Source of the DNA: Chrysomallon squamiferum
Lineage: Eukaryota > Animalia > Mollusca
Assembly (NCBI GenBank): GCA_012295275.1
Contig: CM022679.1
Span: 3,658,001 to 3,722,000 of the forward strand
Direction of reading: 5' to 3'
Length of the DNA: 64,000 bases
How positions within the stretch are numbered: the first letter of the stretch is position 1; every line of letters begins with the position of its first letter. The position numbers and the translations under genes were made by a program. Positions 53,351 through 64,000 of this stretch are shown here, in pieces. Under the pieces are notes generated by a model that was not told the origin of the DNA, did no database searches, and saw only the letters and a program-made list of their open reading frames with translations.

Positions 53351-54570
53351 TAACGCCAAATCCAATGGAAGGTGACATTAAGATTCATGAACATCCCTGA
53401 CCCAAAGAACATGATATCGATGACCCAGAGTATCTGTCAAAATTATACTCCACCAAAAATTAATAATGTACACAGGTCAGATACAAGGACGATTTCTTAA
53501 TTGTGAACGGGATTATGAATACAAAGTGAAATTCATGCGCCGTAAATTCGCACTATTTAAGACAATTTTTAAGATTCCACTTGAAAACATTCTGAGAAAC
53601 TTGCCAAAGCCTCTACAACACTTAAATGAATTTGTTCTTAATTATAATCGAAAATCATTCCTTCAAGCTTCAGATAAGATCAAAGATACTAATTTGTTTT
53701 ATTAAAGAATATTTGTCCAACCTAACATTTCAGATATATAGTCTTCAAACAAAACCTGACACATTTTACACACAGATTGTTGAACATATACTCTTCGCTG
53801 TGCGTTGGAATAATTTAGCCATCATCGGCATGATTACCACCGAGTGTTTTATCGTTGAGCTATTATTATGGTCCTCGCTGACGTGGTCATTCGTAACATG
53901 TTCTTACCAAAGACCCACACTCAACGTTGCAACGTTTGACAGAACAACCGAGAAGCTCTGGCTGCAATGAAAACCCAGACTACTGAGTCCGCACAACAGA
54001 ATCGATCATGCAGACCTTCGCATCTCTCAAACTCAATTAATTCCATCTCCAGCTGGAAGAGGACGTCTTGTTCTGTATAATCACCAAATGCTTCATTTAT
54101 TCTATCTTTATCTATTTTTTTTTTCTTTCTGTAGCCCATTTGTCGAGTTGTGAAGAGTTTGTCGTGAATGACAGAAGCAAAGCGTCCACTAATAGAGACT
54201 GATTAATTTAAAGTTGTCAGTGCCCGCACCTCGCTGGCGTGATGTAACTCGACGCTGGAGGCTGAGATTCGTGGTTAATTATCCACACACAGAGAGACTT
54301 CATTTGTAAGACTTGTTACAGACGAGTGGATAGCGTTACAACTTTGTCCATTGTTAATGAACGAATGGAAATGTATTTGTGTAAACGTTTTTCATACAGA
54401 AAAATGTAGAATCACTGAGTCTTTGGATGACCACAGTGTATTTTGTCTTTTGCTGGTTGTGATGAAAAGACTGAGAGTGGTGGTTACTTTTTCTTTTCTT
54501 TTTTCTTGTTTTTGGGGGTTTTGTGTGTGTGCTGTTGTTGTTTTTTTCCAAATATAATTTTGCTGTTATT

Positions 54571-54717
<147 letters not shown>

Positions 54718-55244
54718 ATTATTGTTTAACGCAGCTGCATGCTGTTAAAATTTACACAAATCAACATTGTGCAGTTACTTTTCTTGTCACCATTCAGTTT
54801 TGTTTATTTATCAATGCAGTAATTCTTTTTTTAGTCTTTATAATGCTATTTTTATAATGCGATGTATGAATAAATGTCATCTTTTGCTATTCATTTCTAG
54901 CCGGAGAAAAAGCTCGTTTTCATCATGAAACCTTCCACATTGTAGGCAGATTTCTGATATTGTCCTGCATCGCAGTTCTAAATCAGTTTCTTATCTCTTT
55001 ACAAAACTGCTGAACGAACATTGTTTTCAACGTTCATCTGTACTTGCTACTCAAAGCACTCTCTTGGTCGTCCATAAGAAACCTTTGAATTCCTGAATCG
55101 TAGTTGCCTCAGTAATGCTATTAAAGTTCTGTAAGTGCATTCCATTTGGAATTATTGTCTCGCAGGTTGCAATCAGGAAGTGCTGTCAGTTGTTATACTT
55201 GTCATTTAAATATAGTGTCTAAAAATATTTTTTATTTTTTTTAA

Positions 55245-55351
<107 letters not shown>

Positions 55352-56143
55352 ATCTATTTATTTATTTATCTTTTCTCTATTTAAAACACTTTAGTGTACT
55401 GACAGGTATAATAATTCCATGTTTCTTAAAAAGAGTAAAATATTTATTTTGTTAATGTCTTCACGTTTCCGGAAGATTTCTTTGTAAACACAAAATGCAT
55501 TAAGGTCTTTCGAAAGCATTAGGATAAAAAGATCATAAACAAGGCTTTTCAAGCGTATGAAGAATTTAATTTACTAAGAATTCTCCCAGAAATAACACAC
55601 TTCTTTGCCTTCCTTTCACTACCGATACTGAGTAAACCAATTTGGAACTGAGTGCTGGATTCTTATTCAAAACTGCACTTCTTTTTCGTAACAACATTTT
55701 TTTTTACTAAACTGGTGACAATCTCCGCTTCATTGAACACGTGTGAAGTTAATCTCCTTCTTCAACAAATTCTAATTTATGGTCGTTTAATAGTTAATAA
55801 TTTCGTGTAATAGATTCGCGTCACTCAACCAGTTATTTTAGCTTCATTTTCGTAATCTCCTCAAGTGTCGACCAGAATGTCTTAACCATTAGGATAATAA
55901 TCTTTGGCATCATTAAAAGGTTAAGAAGAGAAAAGAGTTTTGTTTAGTTAAAACGATTTTTTTTTTTTTTTTTTTTTATCGAACTATTATGAAGTGAATT
56001 CGGTGCAAGATAATGGACTTAATACGATAAAACAAGACTTGAAAACCATACAAAGTGAAATCGACTTCAGAAACATTTAGCAAGTCAAAAAAAAAAAAAA
56101 AAAAAAATCCGAAACATGAGATAATCATCTAGTTCTTTAGATA

Positions 56144-56245
<102 letters not shown>

Positions 56246-57099
56246 AGATGAATACATAGTATGATAGTTAGCTTTTGCATGTTAGCTTGACCATTTAGAT
56301 ATACATAAAAATATTTTCTTAATTCTTTCAAGAAAAAAGCTGAAAAAGAGTAATTATTAATATTTGTCTTTAGAAAAATATTAATCAGTGAAAATTACGT
56401 AGTTATACACAATTAGAAAGTTATACACAATTTTTTCATTCGATTACCAACCAAAAAGGTTTGGTATTTTCCAGTCACTAATTAATTAGTGTGTGCTAAA
56501 TAATTTAATGTTAATCAGCTGCAAAGTTATGTTAAAGACAAACAAAAAACAAAAAATTCTGTTCAAGTTTAATGTGAATAATAATTAAAAAAATATATAT
56601 CAACTAACAACAGCACTTGAATAATAATTAAGTGAATGATCTGAAACTGGAGATAATTTCTTCCATTAGCATAATCCTCTAATTCAGCTTTGGACAGCCA
56701 GTGGTTGATTTGTGGTTATAAATGAACGTCGGGTTTCTGCGCTGACATTCATGTTTTTAAATTTGTTGTGTAAATTCAGAACAATATAAATTATTTTTGG
56801 ATTTGATGCAAATGATCAGCTGCGAAGGAAAAAAAAAACAACACCTGAAATAAAGGGACATATATCCCAGACAGTAACAGGGTAAAATATTAAAATAATA
56901 CAAAAAAATTGAAGTGTATCTCTAAAATGTATCCCCAGTGACATTTATAAGGTCTGACTTAATCCTGCAACTGGAAGTTCTAATTTAAATGCACTCAGTC
57001 GACTTAGTCGCTCCATTATCGACACATTAATGTTTTAGATGCAAATATCCCCCGCTGTAGCTTACACGGATTTGATAATGGATGACTTAGTTAATCGAA

Positions 57100-57218
<119 letters not shown>

Positions 57219-58964
57219 ATTCATTCATACATACATACATACACACATAAATCTACAAGTGTATGCAAGTTCCATTATATTCATTTCTAATGATGCTAAC
57301 CATAAAATGATATTTTATGTTTTTAGTAAAAGATGTTCAAGAGAATTCTTGTTATTTCTTTTTACAGCCGTTCGCTATGCCATTGTGTCTGTTACTTTTG
57401 TAAACGTTTTCCAGCCTCTGTGCATCGCAATTTTAATTGTTAAAAATGCAGTTTGTCAAATATACCAGCTGTGATTTTTCTAAATTTATTTTGTGCATTA
57501 TATAGGGTTTCTTTTAAAATTGTACTTGTTTGGCTGCAGGCAATAAGCAGTTGGATAGACTGATGTGTACTTGGTAATTTCGTTTGAGTTGTTTCTCAAG
57601 TGATTTCAAAAAACATTCGGAAAATTGAAGAAATAAATAATGCTTTGGTTTAGTGGGGTTTTTTGTTGTTTTTTGACATATAACAATTTCAAAAACTTCA
57701 TAAATCATTTAACAACGGAAAAAAGTCGAAATCACTGTTATGTTTTATTATGTAAAATAACAATGTGATAAAATCGATGCTTGTGTACATTTTTGTAATG
57801 CAACAGATCAAATGTTGACTGAATCTTTACTGCGTATTAAGTGATGTTCAGCACCAGACTGTTCTTTCCATAAGCCGAAATGTATTTTTCTACATGCATC
57901 GTTTTCGATGCACCGTAGGATGCACATTAAAACCAATAAGTATATTAGAAAAACACTGATTGTTTTATTTTCACCATACTTCAGTTTTGTTTTATCAGAA
58001 TTTAGTTTCCTTAATGAACAGATGAGACGAGTTTCGAGTTTGTACTACACACGTAACCAGTCGACTAAATCAACTCATTTCTGTTGTTGTTGTTGATGTT
58101 GTTATTTTTTTATAGAGGTCGTTGTTCTTCTTCTCTCTTCTTGTTATTGTTGTTGTTATTTTTCTTCGTCTACTACTACTACTTTAAAAAATTTCAAAGA
58201 AGAAGATTCACAGATTAAGAAATTTTTATTTTTCTCCATACTGCAAAACGGACGGCAGATTAGTTTCTCATACAAAAAAAAAAAAAAAAAAAAAAAAAGG
58301 ATTTAAATAGTTCTATTTTATTTATGTTTTTGTCTCGCTGTATGTCTGGTCTTAGAAAAAAAAAAAAACCTTAAAAGAAGAGGAAAAGTCACAATACCAA
58401 GACTAATTACCTGAAAATGTCATTATCTTAATATTATTAATTTGTTTATATGTAATACTGCATAACTACTGTAACTGTTATTTTGCTTTGTTGTGTGACA
58501 GTCAATGTCTTGTTGTATTATAAATAATACAACACTATTATTAAGACTGTAATGGGCCTGTTAGAGAGCAGCAGTATCGAAATTACATCGAAGAAAAGCC
58601 ACTCATGGTTAGTTATTTACGTATATACACAGGTACCATCACTGAATCCTAAAAAAAACAAATGACTAACAAAGTACATCACTGTACGTACTGAGGTATC
58701 TTTAACAAGCTAGACGTGTGAAAATAGTTGGAATGGAAAATAACTGATTTCTGAGCCTCCATATCAGAGTATGAACTGAAAAAAAAATGCAGTTTGTTCA
58801 TTCAGTAATAGTAGCCCAAGAGAAAACGAAGTGATAAATTATTCACAACTATTGGAGAAGACTGATGGAACCTGATGATTAGGAAAACGTACTTTCGTGC
58901 ATAACATTACTGAACACGTAGCACCTGCAACATGACATTTTAATCTCTTCAGTCTTTTGTCCTT

Positions 58965-59015
58965 AGGGCACGTTTTACCCATCCCGAGACTCGAACCGGG
59001 TGAACCTAGATTTAC
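58965..59015 (-). mobile_element. Degenerate tRNA-like/SINE-head fragment (B box)
   Basis: Minus strand reads aggttcacccGGTTCGAGTCtcggg, a B-box/T-arm-like motif; no convincing A box or cloverleaf. Confidence 0.3.
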
Positions 59016-59049
59016 TTCCTTATTCAAACGTAGCGTGCATAAGTAACAA

Positions 59050-59847
59050 TTACAAGTGACTACGTGATTCCGTTTAGTAACGAAGTCTTCCCTGCCCGAA
59101 GTCGCGAACTGAGAACGTCCTCGGTGAAGTGACGTGTGAGTAAGTGACGTAGATCTGAACTGACGTTGCCACTGAAGTGCACCGTCTGAATTGGAAAAGA
59201 CGGTTACACTAAGAATAAATATATTCCGTTATTTTCTGCATCGGTAGCGCTAAGTTAAATATGTTTTAATTAATTTGTTGTGTCTTTTTCTAGAAATTTT
59301 AGAAAAAGTATATTGGATCGCTCTGATCAGTCTTTTTTAAAGCAGTTCTAAAGGCATTTTTCTATTTATACAAAAGCTACTTTCTCGTCATTATTATTAA
59401 CTGTGTATTTAAATGAATTTTCATCAAGGACAAGGATTTTACTGCTAAACTTACCTCTCATAGTGAAACTTCTCTCTTTCGCTTTGTCTATATATTTGTC
59501 CTTCTTTCTATTTATCTATTTATATCTGTGAGTGTATTGTCTAAATTTCATCCTCTCGGATACCTTAATTTCTTCTTCTTTCTTGCATTTTCTCGCTTCT
59601 TCTTCTTCTTCTTCTTTTTTTCTTTCTTTTTATTATCTTGGATTGAAGCAATTTGTATGAGAGTAAAAGCATGTCGGTATCCCAGATGGTCATATAAAAG
59701 CCCAAAATGATGAGAGTTTATGGCCGAACATTCTCCATGTGAAAAAGATTGAACGTTTTATGCCAGGCCTGTCATCTTCTGCCTTTCAAGCCTATTCATC
59801 ACGGTGATAACGCGTGTGAGATTTAGACCCGTATTAATGAGGTAAGA
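59050..59847 (+). promoter_or_regulatory. Candidate promoter of a downstream + strand transcript
   Basis: Three TGACGT motifs (59130, 59145, 59161) in a CpG-rich island; CAGATG and TATAAAAG (59693-59700); donor gag|gtaaga at 59842. Confidence 0.35.
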
Positions 59848-60239
59848 CAAATTGAAGTGTGATGTCAGTGTAACGAAAACGAAATAATCAGCCTTACTAA
59901 TAACTCGAATATCTTCGGAGAATTACTCTGGGGCTTTAGACGTCGTTATTCCTGTACAGCTTATAAAACTTTTTACGAGTCTGGTCTTCGGGATCAAAGC
60001 CATAGAGATTAGGCGTTACTGTCACAAAAACTGCATTATATTTTAAGTCACAGGTGCAGACTGCTAGAATTACGAAACAAAGTATTCAGCCCGAGGTCGT
60101 AATGTCAAGTTCTTTTTCTGAAAGTGCATCCAGCTTTGACATTCTCAAGTCGAACGACCTCAATTTCTGACAAGAATAAAAGAAAAAGAATAGAAGATAC
60201 ATGGGAAGAGAGTATAGACAGACAGGCAGACATACAGAG

Positions 60240-60375
<136 letters not shown>

Positions 60376-61209
60376 GTGGTTTGAAATATATTCTTCATTA
60401 AGAATCGGGACTGTTCTGTTCTATGAAAATTCTGCCCTATTAGGACAACATCAGCTCCAGAACTAATCAGAATCAAATTAAGAAGGCTATTGTCAGGGAC
60501 ACACTTAATTCATACTCGTTAACATCCCTTTCATTTCTCTCCGGAAATAAATCAAGATTAAATCTATTCAAATGACTACTCAGCCGAATAGAAAGGAATC
60601 CTATTGGCCCACTTTACTCGTTTCAATACGTTCATGTTTTTCTTGTCTTTTTTAAATGAGGCTCACAAAAATAATAAAAGGGAAGAATACTTACAGGCGC
60701 GGTTCCAAGACGACTGAAAACAAATAGATGAACACCACATGCAAAAATTATAGATTCAGCCTTGATTTATCTTAACATAACTGAACAAGGCGTTCATGCA
60801 TTTGAAATTCTGTGAAAATAAAATAAAACTGAGAATTTATATATAGAGGTAATATCATATTACTCATGTAAAGCAGCCGAAAGGTTAGCTACAGTATAAT
60901 GAGAAGTCTGACAAAAGTAATTCAGGTTGATTAAGATAACGGAAGATAAGTTTAGACAATTTCATCATAGGCGTAGACAAAAACTGACAAAATTGTATTA
61001 AAATAAACACAACGATACTACTTTTTTTTTTCGGAGCGGTCATTCAATTAGTTATTTCAACACGAATTTATCAAATTTAAAGTTAAAGTAAAAATTATAT
61101 GGACACATAAATGTTAAGACTGGGGTTCTCTACCTAAGATTTTGTTAGTATAGAAGAAGAAATGAACAGTTATGTTCCTACTCACATATTAAATTTGATG
61201 CGACATGAA

Positions 61210-61546
61210 AAAATAGAATATGATATAACATTATTTGGTATCATGGTCTAATTTATATTGTATGACATTTGAAACATGCTCTATACTGGTGTGGTGTAGT
61301 GTTGTATGACGTCAAATGTTGTGATGATGTATGATATGAAGTGATATTGCAGTAAGTTCTGTGAAGTGATATGCTGTTCTGTGGTGTGGACGTAGTTGTT
61401 GCGATGTGCTCTGATGTGATCTTATGATGCATCATATCGTGTCGAAGTACGTTTTGATTTAACACGATTCGATACACTGATGTGACATAATTCGATATAG
61501 TGATGTGTTATAATTCGACATAGTAATGTGATATAATTCGATGTGA
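61210..61546. repeat. Degenerate ~5-bp-period repeat ending in four copies of a 23-bp minisatellite
   Basis: TGATGTGACATAATTCGATATAG-like units at 61455, 61478, 61501 and 61524. Confidence 0.75.
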
Positions 61547-61960
61547 TTAAATAATGAATAAATGATGACTGAAGTTACTTTATTCAGTCGCTCATCTTCA
61601 GTTGTTCTTGAAAACATTATTAATTTGAAACAGAGGTATAATCATGTTATCCTGTGAGCTTTTGTTTTTTCAACCTTCTGCTATGACGAATTTCCAGCGT
61701 TCAGCACGATTTCTCCAAAATATCTCTGAACTTTCTTGATCTTGCTCGCTTCATCCGCGACATTAATGCTTTCAGTCATGTTTTCGAATATTAATGATAT
61801 TTCGTTGCTGGGTTTTGTTTTATGATCGATATTAAAAACTAATATCCACACGAAGAGGAAAACAAATTCAGATGAGTGGTTATTTTAAGAAAAATTACCT
61901 TTAACAATACACAATTACCTATTGATATTAATTCTCCGCAGACAAATCTGTAATAATTAT

Positions 61961-61963
61961 TAA

Positions 61964-62034
<71 letters not shown>
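61961..62034. repeat. (AAAT)n microsatellite
   Basis: Direct reading. Confidence 0.95.
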
Positions 62035-62904
62035 AGCAATAAAGAAAAAACAAAAGAGAACAAAGAAAGAAAGAATAAAGATTTAAATAAAAACATGAAG
62101 ACAAAAAAAAGCATCGAACGAATTTATATCTTTTCTTCATCGTTACTGTTACTGGACTTATATAATATGGTTTAGGAAAATTTTAAAACATTGCTATTGT
62201 TAGTACTTATGAATGGCATCTGATTTTAGGATGTAGTCGAAGTAGAAATATGAGTATCATTTGCATGATTCGCAATATTCCGGTTGACGAAAAGACATAA
62301 CATAAGCGATATTCATTAGAATACCCACACTCTGTATTGCTTCTTTCAACGTTATTGATCATTGTAATTCGTGTTAGAAGTACAACATCCTGACTGTATA
62401 TCTTTAGTTTTTAATTACAGTCGTTTAAACCGTGTTTGTGCCGTTGCTGTGGAAACATACCTGCTTTTTCAGTAATTTAGTCAACAACACAGAATTAAAA
62501 CGAGAATATTTCAGTTACTGATGTGTCATTATGGTTATTTCTGACGCTAAAATACTATTGATTGTATATAATTCTGTTTTCACTTACCGGCATCTTACAA
62601 CAGCTTTCTAGCTTAAGACATTACAAATAGCTCATAACAATAATGACGAACCTTATAATTTCTATAATCTCTGGTTGCGTAAATCTATATTGTTATTAAC
62701 GTTAATGTGATTGTTAATGTTTTTTTTATGTCTAACATGCTGCGTCTATTTATTTTTTTTTACTTTGTTCCTTGTTTTCATTATTTATTAATTTTGTTTC
62801 CAGTTAAATTCAAAGATTCTAAGGAGCAACACATCAATAGATCAATCTCCTATATGTGCCAATTTTCCTCATTCTCTTTCTAGATATGTTTTTATTTTTA
62901 TTTC

Positions 62905-62937
<33 letters not shown>

Positions 62938-64000
62938 TTTTTTTTTTTTTTTGTAGTAAGATGAATATAAAATAATCCTTCCTAGTGAAGCAAATGTAAC
63001 CACTGAAGTGACCATATGTTTCACCGTAAAAAAAAAAAATATATATATATATATATATAGTCTTATTTTATGTGTAATCGGTTTGGAATATGCTAATCTT
63101 TCTAACATAGATTTAAGCATCATTAAGTATCGCAGTGAAATGAAATCTAAAGTTCCACTGAGTGGTAAGACGTGTAATATTCTGACTTCTTCTTTCATAA
63201 CAACTTTACAACATACATAATCGATCTCTTATACCCATTAATATAAAAATGTCTAGAGTTCAAACGTTTATAAATTTTTCTTGTTTTCAGACTTTTCGAA
63301 TTAAAATAGTTAACTTTTCAAAGTATTACTGACTGAAATATTGATTCCAACATCATTCGATATTGAAATAAATTAAAAGCTTGTCGTCAAAAGCAGTAAA
63401 ATGATGTAAAATACTTTAGTTTGATGTAATGTTTGGGCACGTTTGAAATGTTTTGGTTTAACGTGGTTTAGAGTGTAAAAACTTTACACATCATTAAGTT
63501 TAATAATTACCTTCCGTTCAGAGCCAACGTGGACAATGCAAGAGAAAAAGCAGAGATAAATCTTAAATATCTGTTTTTAATTTTAAAAAATGAACATTCT
63601 TGATCATATATAGTTTGCCCAGAAAGTTGAAACTTCAAAGTATTCTAACTCCAGTTAAAATAACTTGAAAATCTGAAAATGTTTTATTGAATAAAGTAGA
63701 TATCTACAGAGATTTAATGATGTCATAAATTTCTAATGACGTTATTATTTTAACATTACATATTACACAGGTTTTGGGTATCGATCAGGCTTAGCTAAAT
63801 AATTCCGAATCTAGATAAGACACTGTAATCTTTTCGTGAAGAGCAAAGAACATTTATTCTGAAACCTCTACGCGTCATTCATTTCATTTTATTTTTTATT
63901 TCTTTTATTCCCTTTTGTTCTATTTGTATTTAACCACATTTCATAATTCAGTTTTAATTAAAAAATTTTTTAAAAAAAGATACAAAATTTCAAACACAAG

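Noticed and set aside
57848-57862. REST/NRSE-like TTCAGCACC
   Set aside because: Only the left half-site; the GGACAG half is absent.
58965-59040. Intact tRNA gene
   Set aside because: Only a B-box/T-arm-like segment; no A box, anticodon arm or acceptor stem.
61670-61840. Short open minus-strand frame (..NMTESINVADEASKIKKVQRYFGE..)
   Set aside because: About 55 codons, no recognisable homology and no partner exons.

Overview
AT-rich, microsatellite-dense animal genomic DNA; the style suggests a mollusc or other lophotrochozoan, which is inference only. The one intact protein-coding region is an uninterrupted ORF (31892-32635, +) for a RasD-family small GTPase (Dexras1/RASD1-Rhes-like) ending in CAAX 'CVIS'. 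It has a proximal E-box/GC-box/TATA promoter, a probable 84-nt upstream exon and several candidate distal first exons spread over the preceding 30 kb. At 51.4-53.4 kb, a five-unit array of conserved ~120-bp cores separated by variable microsatellite spacers directly abuts a frameshifted pogo/Tigger-type (DDE_1) transposase fossil that the ORF track misses. The rest is non-coding: simple repeats, CpG-richer islands with CRE/E-box/forkhead motifs, a possible structured RNA at ~12.2 kb, a possible second promoter at ~59.7 kb and a degenerate tRNA-like fragment. Nearly all other ORFs in the track are microsatellite or chance artefacts. All motif and splice calls were made by eye and are unverified.
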